Positions 45,894-59,800 of a DNA stretch of 64,000 nucleotides are shown piece after piece. The stretch's first letter is position 1; the number at the start of each line of letters is the position of its first letter. The stretch spans positions 93,372,001 to 93,436,000 of the forward strand of contig OZ024744.1 in NCBI GenBank assembly GCA_964016885.1, in the 5' to 3' direction. Below the pieces are notes generated by a model that did no database searches, was not told where the DNA came from, and saw only the letters and a list, made by a program, of their open reading frames with translations. Origin of the DNA: Eledone cirrhosa. Its lineage: Eukaryota. A program made the translations under genes and the position numbers.

Positions 45894-48800
45894 TGTTGGT
45901 GGTGGTGGTGGTGGTGGTGGTGGTGGTGGGTGGTGGTGGTTGTAGTGATGGTGGTTGTAGTGGTGGTGTTGGTTGGTGGTGGTGTTGGTTGGTGGTGGTG
46001 TTGGTGGTGTTGGTGGTGGTGGTGGTGGTTGGTGGTGGTGGTGTTTGTAGTGGTGGTGGTTGTAGTGGTGGTGTTGGTTGGTGGTGGTGGTGGTGGTGTG
46101 GTGGTGGTGGTGGTTGGTGGTGGTGGTTGTAGTGGTGGTGGTGGTGGTGGTGGTGGTGGTGGTGGTGGTGGTGGTGGTGGTGTTGGTAGTGGTGGTGGTG
46201 GTGGGTGGTGGGTTTTGGTGGTGGTGGTGGTGGTTGTAGTGGTGGTGGTGGTGGTTGGTGGTGGTGGTGGTGTTAGTGGTGATGGTGGTTGTAGTGGTGG
46301 TGTTGGTTGGTGGTGGTGTTGGTGGTGTTGGTGGTGGTGGTGGTGGTTGGTGGTGGTGGTGTTTGTAGTGGTGGTGGTTGTAGTGGGTGGTGTTGGTTGG
46401 TGGTGGGGGTGGTGGGTGGTGGTGGTGGTGGTTGGTGGTGGTGGTTGTAGTGGTGGTGGTGGTGGTGGTGGTGGTGGTGGTGGTGGTGGTGGTGGTGTTG
46501 GTAGTGGTGGTGGTGGTTGGTGGTGGTTTTGGTGGTGGTGTGGTGGTTGTAGTGGTGGTGGTGGTTGGTGGTGGTGGTGGTGTTAGTGGTGATGGTGGTT
46601 GTAGTGGTGGTGTTGGTTGGTGGTGGTGTTGGTGGTGTTGGTGGTGGTGGTGGTGGTTGGTGGTGGTGGTGTTTGTAGTGGTGGTGGTTGTAGTGGTGGT
46701 GTTGGTTTGGTGGTGGTGGTGGGTGGTGGTGGTGGTGGTTGGTGGTGGGTGGTTGTAGTGGTGGTGGTGGTGGTGGTGGTGGTGGTGGTGGTGGTGGTGG
46801 TGGTGGTGGTGGTGGTGTTGGTAGTGGTGGTGGTGGTTGGTGGTGGTTTTGGTGGTGGTGGTGGTGGTTGTAGTGGTGGTGGTGGTTGGTGGTGGTGGTG
46901 GTGGTAGTGGTGGTGGTGGTTGGTGATAGGTGGTGTGTGGAGGTGGGTGGTGGTATTGGTGGTGGTTGTGGTGATAGTGGTGGTGGTGGGTGGTTGGGTG
47001 GTGGTGGTGTTGGTAGTGGTGGTGGTGGTTGGTGGTGGTGTTGGTGGTGGTGGTGGGTGTTGGTGGTGGTGGTGTGGTTGTGGTGGTGGTGGTTGTGGTG
47101 GTGGAGGTAGTGGTGTTGGTGGTGGTGGTGGTGTAGTGGTGGTGGTGGTAGTGGTTGTGAGTGTGGTGGTGGTGGTGGTAGTGGTGGCGGTGGTGGTGGT
47201 GGTGGTGAGTGTGGTGGTGGTGGTGGTGGTATTGGTAGTAGTGGTGGTGATAGTGGTGTTGATGGTGGCGGTGGTGGTGTTGGTAGCGGTTGGTGGTGGT
47301 TGGTGGTGGTGGTGGTGGTTGTGGTGGTGTGGTGGTGGTGGTTGTAGTGGTGGTGGTGGTTGTAGTGGTGGTGGTGGTTGGTGGTGGTGGTGTTGGTGGT
47401 GGGTGGTGGTGGTGTTAGTGGTGGCTGTAGTGGTTGTGAGTGTGGTGGTGGTGATGGTAGAGTGGCAGTGGTGGTGGTGGTGTTAGTGGAGGTGGTGGTA
47501 GTGGTTGTGAGTGTGGTGATGGTATGGTGGTGGTGGTGGTGGTGGTGGTTGTGGTGGGTGGTGGTGGTTGTGGTGGTGGTGGTGAGTGTGGTGGTGGTGG
47601 TGAGTGTGGTGGTGGTGGTGGTGTTTGGTGGTTGGTAGATGGTGGTGGTGGTGGTTGTTGTGGTGGTGGTGGTTGTGGTGGTGGTGGTGGTTGTGGTGGG
47701 GGTGGTGAGTGTGGTGGTGATGGAGGTGTTTGGTGGTTGGTGGTGGTGGTGGTGGTCTTAGTGATGTGTTAGTGGTGATAATGTTATTGTTGCCTTGTGG
47801 TGTTAGTAGTGCTGAACCTCTTGTTGTTGTTGGTGGTGGTGTTGGTGATAATGGTGTTGTTGTTGTTGGTGGTGGTGTTGGTGATAATGGTGTTGTTGGT
47901 GGTGGTGGTGGTGTGGTTGATAATGGTGTTGTTGTTGTTGGTGGTGGTGTTGATGATAATGGTGTTGTTGTTGGTGGTGGTGGTGTTGGTGATAATGTTG
48001 TTGTTGTTGGTGGTGGTGGTGTTGGTGATAATGGTGTTGTTGGTGGTGGTGTTGGTGATAATGTTGTTGTTGTTGGTGGGTGGTGGTGTTGGTGATAATG
48101 GTATTGTTGGTGGTGGTGTTGGTGATAATGGTGTTGTTGTTGGTGGGGTGGGTGTTGGTGATAATGTTGATGTTGTTGTTGGTGGTGGTGTTGGTGATAA
48201 TGGTGTTGTTGGTGGTGGTGGTGGTGGTGTTGGTGATAATGGTGTTGTTGTTGGTGGTGGTGGTGTTGGTGATAATGGTGTTGTTGTTGTTGGTGGTGGT
48301 GGTGTTGGTGATAATGGTGTTGGGTGGTGGTGGGTGGTGTTGGTGATAATGGTGTTGATGTTGTTGTTGGTGGTGGTGTTGGTGATAATGGTGTTGTTGT
48401 TGGTGGTGGTGGTGGTGTTGGTGATAATGGTGTTGTTGTTGGTGGTGGTGGTGTTGGTGATAATGGTGTTGATGTTGTTGTTGGTGGTGGTGTTGGTGAT
48501 AATGGTGTTGGTGGTGGTGGTGGTGTTGGTGATAATGGTGTTGTTGTTGGTGGTGGTGGTGGTGTGTTGGTGATAATGGTGTTGTTGTTGGTGGTGGTGG
48601 TGTTGGTGATAATGGTGTTGTGTGGTGGTGGTGGTGTTGGTGATAATGGGTGTTGTTGTTGTTGGTGGTGGTGTTGATGATAATGGTGTGTTGTTGGTGG
48701 TGGTGGTGGTGTTGGGTGATAATGGTGTTGTTGTTGTTGGTGGTGGTGTGTTGTTGGTGGGGTGGTGTTGGTGATATTGTTGTTGTGGTGGTGGTGGTGG

Positions 48801-50841
48801 TTGGTGATAATGGTTGTTGTTGTGGAGGTTGTGATAATGTTGTTGTGTTGGTGGTGGTGGGAATGTTGTTGTAGGATGGTGTGTTGGTGATAATGGTGTT
48901 GTTGTTGGTGGTGGGGTGTTGTGATAATGGTGTTGTTGTTGGTGGTGGGTGTGTGTTGATCATGGTGTTGTTGTGTTGGTGTGGTGTGGTGATTGGTGTG
49001 TTGTTGGTGATAAGGTGTTGTTGTTGTGGTGTGTTGGTAGGTGTGGTGGTGGTGGTGGTTGATAATGGTGTTGTTGTTGGTGGTGGTGGTGTTGGTGATA
49101 ATGGTGTTGTTGTTGGTGGTGGTGGTGGTGTTGGTGATAATGGTGTTGTTGGTGTGGGTGGTGTTGGTGATATGGGTTGTGGTGGTGGTGTTGGTGATAA
49201 TGGTGTTGTTGTTGGTGGTGGTGGTGGTGTTGGTGATAATGGTGTTGTTGGTGGTGGTGGTGGTGTTGGTGATAATGGTGTTGTTGGTGGTGGTGGTGTT
49301 GGTGATAATGGTGTTTGTTGTTGGTGGTGGTGGTGTTGGTGATAATGGTGTTGGTTGGTTGGTGGTGGTGGTGTTGGTGATAATGGTGTTGTTGGTGTGG
49401 TGGTGGTGTGGTGATAATGGTGTTGTTGTTGGTGGTGGTGGTGTTGGTGATAATGGTGTTGTTGTTGGGTGGTGGTGGTGTTGGTGATATGGTGTTGTTG
49501 TTGGTGGTGGTGGTGGTGTTGGTGATAATGGTGTTGTTGGTGGTGGTGTGTTGGTGTTGGTGATAATGGTGTTGTTGTGGTGGTGGGTGGTGGTGTTGGT
49601 GATAATGGTGTTGTTGTGTGGTGGGGTGGTGTTGGTGATAATGGTGTTGTTGTTGGTGGTGGTGGTGTTGGTGATAATGGTGTTGTTGTTGTTGGTGGTG
49701 GTGGTGTTGGTGATAATGGTGTTGTTGGTGGTGGGGTGGGTGTTGGTGATAATGGTGTTGTTGTGTTGGTGGTGGTGGTGTGATAATGGTGTTGTTGTTG
49801 GTGGTGGGTGTGGTGTGTGAAATGGTGTTGTTGTTGGTGGTGGTGGTGTTGTGATAATGGTGTTGTTGTTGTTGGTGGTGGTGGTGTTGGTGATAATGTG
49901 TTGTTGGTGGTTGGTGTGTTGGTGGTGGTGTTGGTGATAAGGTGTTGTTGGTAGGTGGTGGTGGTGTTGGTGATAATGGTGTTTGTTGTTGGTGGTGGTG
50001 GTGATAATGTAGTGTTGTGGTGGGGTGGTGTTGGTGAAAATGGTGTTTGTTGTTGGTGTGGTGGTGGTTGGTGTTGTGATAATGGTGTTTGTTGTTGGTG
50101 GTGGTGGTGGTGTTTGGTGATAATGGTGTTGTTGGTGGTGGTGGTGGTGTTGGTGATAATGGTGTTGTTGTGGTGGTGGTGGTGTTGGTGATAATGTTGT
50201 TGTTGTTGGTGGTGGTGGTGTTGGTGATAATGTGTTGTTGTGGTGGTGGTGGTGTTGGTGATAATGTGTGTTGTTGGTGGTGGTGGTGGTGTTGGTGATA
50301 ATGGTGTTGTTGTTGGTGGTGGTGGTGTTGGTGATAATGGTGTTGTTGTGTGGTGGTGGTGGTGGTGGTTGGGGTGTATGGTGATGTTGGTGTTGTTGTT
50401 TGGTGGTGGTGGTGTTGGTGATAATGGTGTTGTTGTTGGTGGTGGTGGTGTTGGTGATAATGTTGTTGTTGGTNNNNNNNNNNNNNNNNNNNNNNNNNNN
50501 NNNNNNNNNNNNNNNNNNNNNNNNNNNNNNNNNNNNNNNNNNNNNNNNNNNNNNNNNNNNNNNNNNNNNNNNNNNNNNNNNNNNNNNNNNNNNNNNNNNN
50601 NNNNNNNNNNNNNNNNNNNNNNNNNNNNNNNNNNNNNNNNNNNNNNNNNNNNNNNNNNNNNNNNNNNNNNNNNGAAGAAGAAGAAGAAGAAAAAGAAGAA
50701 GAAGAAGGAGAAGAAGAAAAGGGTAGAAGAAAAAGAAGGTAGAAGAAGAAGAAAAAGGTAGAAGAAAAAGAAGAAAAAGGTAGAGAAAAAAAGAAGAAGA
50801 AGAAGAAGAAGACGAAGAAGAAGAAGAAGAAGAAGAAGAAG

Positions 50842-50873
<32 letters not shown>

Positions 50874-53800
50874 GAAGAAGAAGAAGATAACAACAACAAA
50901 AGCAACAAAAATACAGTTATAATACAACAACAATATATAAAAAAAAAAACACATCCAATAAAGAAAATATATTGATTGTCTTAGAGGGAGACTAGAAACA
51001 TCCTTGGAAGACAAATAAATATTGACATAACAAGTGTTTTTAACTTTCCACACCGACACATGACTATAGAGATATAAAGATATATAGAGAACTGATTGAA
51101 CTATGTTGGTGGTGGTGGTGGTGGTGGTGGTGGTGGTGGGTGGTGGTGGTTGTAGTGATGGTGGTTGTAGTGGTGGTGTTGGTTGGTGGTGGTGTTGGTT
51201 GGTGGTGGTGTTGGTGGTGTTGGTGGTGGTGGTGGTGGTTGGTGGTGGTGGTGTTTGTAGTGGTGGTGGTTGTAGTGGTGGTGTTGGTTGGTGGTGGTGG
51301 TGGTGGGTGGTGGTGGTGGTGGTTGGTGGTGGTGGTTGTAGTGGTGGTGGTGGTGGTGGTGGTGGTGGTGGTGGTGGTGGTGGTGGTGGTGGTGTTGGTA
51401 GTGGTGGTGGTGGTTGGTGGTGGTTTTGGTGGTGGTGGTGGTGGTTGTAGTGGTGGTGGTGGTTGGTGGTGGTGGTGGTGTTAGTGGTGATGGTGGTTGT
51501 AGTGGTGGTGTTGGTTGGTGGTGGTGTTGGTGGTGTTGGTGGTGGTGGTGGTGGTTGGTGGTGGTGGTGTTTGTAGTGGTGGTGGTTGTAGTGGTGGTGT
51601 TGGTTGGTGGTGGGGGTGGTGGGTGGTGGTGGTGGTGGTTGGTGGTGGTGGTTGTAGTGGTGGTGGTGGTGGTGGTGGTGGTGGTGGTGGTGGTGGTGGT
51701 GGTGTTGGTAGTGGTGGTGGTGGTTGGTGGTGGTTTTGGTGGTGGTGGTGGTGGTTGTAGTGGTGGTGGTGGTTGGTGGTGGTGGTGGTGTTAGTGGTGA
51801 TGGTGGTTGTAGTGGTGGTGTTGGTTGGTGGTGGTGTTGGTGGTGTTGGTGGTGGTGGTGGTGGTTGGTGGTGGTGGTGTTTGTAGTGGTGGTGGTTGTA
51901 GTGGTGGTGTTGGTTGGTGGTGGTGGTGGGTGGTGGTGGTGGTGGTTGGTGGTGGTGGTTGTAGTGGTGGTGGTGGTGGTGGTGGTGGTGGTGGTGGTGG
52001 TGGTGGTGGTGGTGGTGGTGGTGTTGGTAGTGGTGGTGGTGGTTGGTGGTGGTTTTGGTGGTGGTGGTGGTGGTTGTAGTGGTGGTGGTGGTTGGTGGTG
52101 GTGGTGGTGTTAGTGGTGGTGGTGGTTGGTGATAGTGGTGGTGGTGGTGGTGGTGGTATTGGTGGTGGTTGTGGTGATAGTGGTGGTGGTGGTGTTGGTG
52201 GTGGTGGTGTTGGTAGTGGTGGTGGTGGTTGGTGGTGGTGTTGGTGGTGGTGGTGGTGTTGGTGGTGGTGGTGGTGGTTGTGGTGGTGGTGGTTGTGGTG
52301 GTGGTGGTAGTGGTGTTGGTGGTGGTGGTGGTGTTAGTGGTGGTGGTGGTAGTGGTTGTGAGTGTGGTGGTGGTGGTGGTAGTGGTGGCGGTGGTGGTGG
52401 TGGTGGGTGAGTGTGGTGGTGGTGGTGGTGGTATTGGTAGTAGTGGTGGTGATAGTGGTGTTGATGGTGGCGGTGGTGGTGTTGGTAGCGGTGGTGGTGG
52501 TTGGTGGTGGTGGTGGTGGTTGTGGTGGTGGTGGTGGTGGTTGTAGTGGTGGTGGTGGTTGTAGTGGTGGTGGTGGTTGGTGGTGGTGGTGTTGGTGGTG
52601 GTGGTGGTGGTGTTAGTGGTGGCTGTAGTGGTTGTGAGTGTGGTGGTGGTGATGGTAGAGGTGGCAGTGGTGGTGGTGGTGTTAGTGGTGGTGGTGGTAG
52701 TGGTTGTGAGTGTGGTGATGGTATGGTGGTGGTGGTGGTGGTGGTGGTTGTGGTGGTGGTGGTGGTTGTGGTGGTGGTGGTGAGTGTGGTGGTGGTGGTG
52801 AGTGTGGTGGTGGTGGTGGTGTTTGGTGGTTGGTAGATGGTGGTGGTGGTGGTTGTTGTGGTGGTGGTGGTTGTGGTGGTGGTGGTGGTTGTGGTGGGGG
52901 TGGTGAGTGTGGTGGTGATGGAGGTGTTTGGTGGTTGGTGGTGGTGGTGGTGGTCTTAGTGATGTTGTTAGTGGTGATAATGTTATTGTTGCCTTGTGGT
53001 GTTAGTAGTGCTGAACCTCTTGTTGTTGTTGGTGGTGGTGTTGGTGATAATGGTGTTGTTGTTGTTGGTGGTGGTGTTGGTGATAATGGTGTTGTTGGTG
53101 GTGGTGGTGGTGTTGGTGATAATGGTGTTGTTGTTGTTGGTGGTGGTGTTGATGATAATGGTGTTGTTGTTGGTGGTGGTGGTGTTGGTGATAATGTTGT
53201 TGTTGTTGGTGGTGGTGGTGTTGGTGATAATGGTGTTGTTGGTGGTGGTGTTGGTGATAATGTTGTTGTTGTTGGTGGTGGTGGTGTTGGTGATAATGGT
53301 ATTGTTGGTGGTGGTGTTGGTGATAATGGTGTTGTTGTTGGTGGTGGTGGTGTTGGTGATAATGTTGATGTTGTTGTTGGTGGTGGTGTTGGTGATAATG
53401 GTGTTGTTGGTGGTGGTGGTGGTGGTGTTGGTGATAATGGTGTTGTTGTTGGTGGTGGTGGTGTTGGTGATAATGGTGTTGTTGTTGTTGGTGGTGGTGG
53501 TGTTGGTGATAATGGTGTTGGTGGTGGTGGTGGTGTTGGTGATAATGGTGTTGATGTTGTTGTTGGTGGTGGTGTTGGTGATAATGGTGTTGTTGTTGGT
53601 GGTGGTGGTGGTGTTGGTGATAATGGTGTTGTTGTTGGTGGTGGTGGTGTTGGTGATAATGGTGTTGATGTTGTTGTTGGTGGTGGTGTTGGTGATAATG
53701 GTGTTGGTGGTGGTGGTGGTGTTGGTGATAATGGTGTTGTTGTTGGTGGTGGTGGTGGTGTTGGTGATAATGGTGTTGTTGTTGGTGGTGGTGGTGTTGG

Positions 53801-56800
53801 TGATAATGGTGTTGTTGGTGGTGGTGGTGTTGGTGATAATGGTGTTGTTGTTGTTGGTGGTGGTGTTGATGATAATGGTGTTGTTGTTGGTGGTGGTGGT
53901 GGTGTTGGTGATAATGGTGTTGTTGTTGTTGGTGGTGGTGTTGTTGTTGGTGGTGGTGGTGTTGGTGATAATGTTGTTGTTGTTGGTGGTGGTGGTGTTG
54001 GTGATAATGGTGTTGTTGGTGGTGGTGTTGGTGATAATGTTGTTGTTGTTGGTGGTGGTGGTGATAATGTTGTTGTTGTTGGTGATGGTGGTGTTGGTGA
54101 TAATGGTGTTGTTGTTGGTGGTGGTGGTGTTGGTGATAATGGTGTTGTTGTTGGTGGTGGTGGTGTTGGTGATAATGGTGTTGTTGTTGGTGGTGGTGGT
54201 GGTGTTGGTGATAATGGTGTTGTTGTTGGTGGTGGTGGTGGTGTTGGTGATAATGGTGTTGTTGTTGTTGGTGGTGGTGGTGTTGGTGATAATGGTGTTG
54301 TTGTTGGTGGTGGTGGTGTTGGTGATAATGGTGTTGTTGTTGGTGGTGGTGGTGGTGTTGGTGATAATGGTGTTGTTGGTGGTGGTGGTGGTGTTGGTGA
54401 TAATGGTGTTGTTGGTGGTGGTGTTGGTGATAATGGTGTTGTTGTTGGTGGTGGTGGTGTTGGTGATATGGTGTTGTTGGTGGTGGTGGTTGTGTTGGTG
54501 ATAATGTTGTTGTTGTTGGTGGTGTTGGTGATAATGGTGTTGTTGTGGTGGTGGTGGTGTGGTGATAATGGTGTTGTTGTTGGTGGTGGTGGTGTTGGTG
54601 ATAATGGTGTTGTTGTTGGTGGTGGTGGTGGTGTGGTGATAATGGTGTTGTTGGTGGTGGTGGTGGTGTTGGTGATATGGTGTTGTTGTTGGTGGTGGTG
54701 GTGTTGGTGATAATGGTGTTGTTGTTGGTGGTGGTGGTGGTGTTGGTGATAATGGTGTTGTTGGTGGTGGTGGTGGTGTTGGTGATAATGGTGTTGTTGT
54801 TGGTGGTGGTGGTGGTGGTGTTGGTGATAATGGTGTTGTTGGTGGTGGTGGTGGTGTTGGTGATAATGGTGTTGTTGTTGGTGGTGGTGGTGTTGGTGAT
54901 AATGGTGTTGTTGTTGTTGGTGGTGGTGGTGTTGGTGATAATGGTGTTGTTGGTGGTGGTGGTGGTGTTGGTGATAATGGTGTTGTTGTTGTTGGTGGTG
55001 GTGGTGTTGGTGATATGGTGTTGTTGTTGGTGGTGGTGGTGTTGGTGATAATGGTGTTGTTGTTGGTGGTGGTGGTGTTGGTGATAATGGTGTTGTTGTT
55101 GTTGGTGGTGGTGGTGTTGGTGATAATGGTGTTGTTGTTGGTGGTGTTGGTGGTGTGGTGATAATGGTGTTGTGGTGGTGGTGGTGGTGTTGGTGATAAT
55201 GTTGTTGGTGTTGGTGGTGGTGGTGATAATGTTGTTGTTGTTGGTGGTGGTGGTGTTGGTAATAATGGTGTTGTTGTTGGTGGTGGTGGTGTTGGTGATA
55301 ATGGTGTTGTTGTTGGTGGTGGTGGTGGTGTTGGTGATAATGGTGTTGTTGGTGGTGGTGGTGGTGTTGGTGATAATGGTGTGTTGGTGGTGGTGGTGGT
55401 GTTGGTGATAATGTTGTTGTTGTTGGTGGTGGTGGTGTTGGTGATAATGTTGTTGTTGTGGTGGTGGTGGTGTTGGTGATATGTTGTTGTTGGTGGTGGT
55501 GGTGGTGTTGGTGATAATGGTGTTGTTGTTGGTGGGTGGTGGTGTTGGTGATAATGGTGTTGTTGTTGGTGGTGGTGGTGGTGTTGGTGATAATGGTGTT
55601 GTTGTTGGTGGTGGTGGTGGTGTTGGTGATAATGGTGTTGTTGTTGGTGGTGGTGGTGTTGGTGATATGTTGTTGTTGGTGGTGGTGGTGGTGTTGGTGA
55701 TAATGGTGTTGTTGTTGGTGGTGTTGGTGTTGGTGATAATGGTGTTGTTGGTGGTGGTGTGTGGTGATAATGTTGTTGTTGTTGGTGGTGGTGGTGTTGG
55801 TGATAATGTTGTTGTTGTTGGTGGTGGTGGTGGTGGTGGTGGTGGGTGGTGGTGGTTGTAGTGATGGTGGTTGTAGTGGTGGTGTTGGTTGGTGGTGGTG
55901 TTGGTGGTGTTGGTGGTGGTGGTGGTGGTTGGTGGTGGTGGTGTTTGTAGTGGTGGTGGTTGTAGTGGTGGTGTTGGTTGGTGGTGGTGGTGGTGGGTGG
56001 TGGTGGTGGTGGTTGGTGGTGGTGGTTGTAGTGGTGGTGGTGGTGGTGGTGGTGGTGGTGGTGTTGGTAGTGGTGGTGGTGGTTGGTGGTGGTTTTGGTG
56101 GTGGTGGTGGTGGTTGTAGTGGTGATGGTGGTTGGTGGTGGTGGTGGTGTTAGTGGTGATGGTGGTTGTAGTGGTGGTGTTGGTTGGTGGTGGTGTTGGT
56201 GGTGTTGGTGGTGGTGGTGGTGGTTGGTGGTGGTAGTGTTTGTAGTGGTGGTGGTTGTAGTGGTGGTGTTGGTTGGTGGTGGTGGTGGTGGGTGGTGGTG
56301 GTGGTGGTTGGTGGTGGTGGTTGTAGTGGTGGTGGTGGTGGTGGTGGTGGTGGTGGTGGTGGTGGTGGTGGTGGTGTTGGTAGTGGTGGTGGTGGTTGGT
56401 GGTGGTTTTGGTGGTGGTGGTGGTGGTTGTAGTGGTGGTGGTGGTTGGTGGTGGTGGTGGTGTTAGTGGTGGTGGTGGTTGGTGATAGTGGTGGTGGTGG
56501 TGGTGGTGGTATTGGTGGTGGTTGTGGTGATAGTGGTGGTGGTGGTGTTGGTGGTGGTGGAGTTGGTAGTGGTGGTGGTGGTTGGTGGTGGTGTTGGTGA
56601 TAATGTTGTTGTTGTTGGTGGTGGTGGTGTTGGTGATAATGTTGTTGTTGGTGGTGGTGGTGGTGTTGGTGATAATGGTGTTGTTGGTGGTGGTGTTGGT
56701 GATAATGTTGTTGTTGTTGGTGGTGGTGGTGATAATGTTGTTGTTGTTGGTGATGGTGGTGTTGGTGATAATGGTGTTGTTGTGGTGGTGGTGGTGTTGG

Positions 56801-59800
56801 TGATAATGGTGTTGTTGTTGGTGGTGGTGGTGTTGGTGATAATGGTGTTGTTGTTGGTGGTGGTGGTGGTGTTGGTGATAATGGTGTTGTTGTTGTTGGT
56901 GGTGGTGGTGTTGGTGATAATGGTGTTGTTGTTGGTGGTGGTGGTGTTGGTGATAATGGTGTTGTTGTTGGTGGTGGTGGTGGTGTTGGTGATAATGGTG
57001 TTGTTGGTGGTGGTGGTGGTGTTGGTGATAATGGTGTTGTTGTTGGTGGTGGTGGTGTTGGTGATAATGGTGTTGTTGTTGGTGGTGGTGGTGTTGGTGA
57101 TAATGGTGTTGTTGGTGGTGGTGGTGGTGTTGGTGATAATGTTGTTGTTGTTGGTGGTGTTGGTGATAATGTTGTTGTTGGTGGTGGTGGTGGTGTTGGT
57201 GATAATGGTGTTGTTGTTGGTGGTGGTGGTGTTGGTGATAATGGTGTTGTTGGTGGTGGTGATAATGGTGGTGGTGTTGGTGATAATGTTGTTGTTGTTG
57301 GTGGTGGTGGTGGTGGTGATAATGGTGTTGTTGTTGGTGGTGGTGGTGTTGGTGATAATGGTGTTGTTGGTGGTGGTGGTGGTGTTGGTGATAATGTTGT
57401 TGTTGTTGGTGGTGTTGGTGATAATGTTGTTGTTGGTGGTGGTGGTGGTGTTGGTGATAATGGTGTTGTTGTTGGTGGTGGTGGTGTTGGTGATAATGGT
57501 GTTGTTGGTGGTGGTGATAATGGTGGTGGTGTTGGTGATAATGTTGTTGTTGTTGGTGGTGGTGGTGGTGGTGATAATGGTGTTGTTGTTGGTGGTGGTG
57601 GTGTTGGTGATAATAGTGTTGTTGTTGGTGGTGGTGGTGGTGTTGGTGATAATGTTGTTGTTGTTGGTGGTGGTGGTGTTGGTGATAATGTTGTCGTTGT
57701 TGGTGGTGGTGTTGGTGTTGGTGATAATGGTGTTGTTGGTGGTGGTGGTGGTGTTGGTGATAATGGTGTTGTTGGTGGTGGTGGTGGTGGTGGTGATAAT
57801 GGTGTTGTTGTTGGTGGTGGTGGTGTTGGTGATAATGGTGTTGTTGTTGTTGTTGGTGGTGTTGGTGATAATGGTGTTGTTGTTGGTGGTGGTGGTGGTG
57901 ATAATGGTGTTGTTGGTGGTGGTGGTGGTGTTGGTGATAATGGTGTTGTTGTTGGTGGTGGTGTTGTTGGTGATAATGGTGTTGTTGTTGGTGGTGGTGG
58001 TGTTGGTGATAATGGTGTTGTTGGTGGTGGTGTTGGTGATAATGTTGTTGTTGTTGGTGGTGGTGTTGGTGATAATGTTGTTGTTGGTGGTGGTGGTGTT
58101 GGTGATAATGGTGTTGTTGGTGGTGGTGGTGGTGTTGGTGATAATGTTGTTGTTGTTGTTGGTGGTGATGTTGGTGATAATGGTGTTGTTGTTGGTGGTG
58201 GTGGTGTTGGTGATAATGGTGTTGTTGTTGTTGGTGGGGGTGGTGTTGGTGATAATGGTGTTGTTGGTGGTGGTGGTGGTGTTGGTGATAATGTTGTTGT
58301 TGTTGGTGGTGGTGGTGATAATGTTGTTGTTGTTGGTGGTGGTGGTGTTGGTGATAATGGTGTTGTTGGTGGTGGTGGTGTTGGTGATAATGGTGTTGTT
58401 GTTGGTGGTGGTGGTGGTGTTGGTGATAATGGTGTTGTTGGTGGTGGTGGTGGTGTTGGTGATAATGGTGTTGTTGGTGGTGGTGGTGGTGGCGGTGATA
58501 ATGGTGTTGTTGTTGTTGGTGGTGGTGTTGGTGATAATGGTGTTGTTGTTGGTGGTGGTGGTGTTGGTGATAATGGTGTTGTTGGTGGTGGTGGTGGTCT
58601 TGGTGATAATGTTGTTGTTGTTGGTGGTGGTGGTGTTGGTGATAATGTTGTTGTTGTTGGTGGTGGTGGTGGTGTTGGTGATAATGGTGTTGTTGTTGGT
58701 GGTGTTGGTGGTGTTGGTGATAATGTTGTTGTTGTTGGTGGTGGTGGTGATAATGTTGTTGTTGGTGGTGGTGGTGGTGGTGTTGGTGATAATGGTGTTG
58801 TTGTTGGGTGGGTGGTGGTGTTGGTGATAATGGTGTTGTTGTTGGTGGTGGTGGTGGTGTTGGTGATAATGGTGTTGTTGTTGGTGGTGGTGGTGTTGGT
58901 GATAATGGTGTTGTTGTTAGTGGTGGTGGTGTTGGTGATAATGGTGTTGTTGTTGGTGGTGGTGGTGGTGTGGTGATAATGTTGTTGTTGTTGGTGATAA
59001 TGGTGTTGTTGTTGGTGGTGGTGGTGTTGGTGATAATGGTGTTGTTGTTGGTGGTGGTGGTGTTGGTGATAATGGTGTTGTTGTTGGTGGTGGTGGTGGT
59101 GTTGGTGATAATGATGTTGTTGGTGGTGGTGGTGGTGTTGGTGATAATGGTGTTGTTGGTGGTGGTGGTGGTGTTGGTGATAATGGTGTTGTTGTTGGTG
59201 ATAATGGTGTTGTTGTTGGTGGTGGTGGTGGTGTTGGTGATAATGGTGTTGTTGGTGGTGGTGGTGGTGTTGGTGATAATGGTGTTGTTGTTGGCGGTGG
59301 TGGTGGTGTTGGTGATAATGGTGTTGTTGTTGGTGGTGGTGGTGTTGGTGATAATGGTGTTGTTGTTGGTGGTGGTGGTGTTGGTGATAATGTTGTTGTT
59401 GTTGGTGGTGGTGGTGTTGGTGATAATGTTGTTGTTGTTGGTGGTGGTGGTGTTGGTGATAATGGTGTTGTTGTTGGTGGTGGTGGTGGTGTTGGTGATA
59501 ATGGTGTTGTTGTTGGTGGTGGTGGTGTTGGTGATAATGGTGTTGTTGGTGGTGGTGGTGGTGTTGGTGATAATGTTGTTGTTGTTGGTGGTGGTGGTGT
59601 TGGTGATAATGGTGTTGTTGTTGGTGGTGGTGGTGGTGTTGGTGATAATGGTGTTGTTGTTGGTGGTGGTGGTGGTGTTGGTGATAATGGTGTTGTTGTT
59701 GGTGGTGGTGGTGGTGTTGGTGATAATGGTGTTGTTGGTGGTGGTGGTGGTGTTGGTGATAATGTTGTTGTTGTTGGTGGTGGTGGTGTTGGTGATAATG

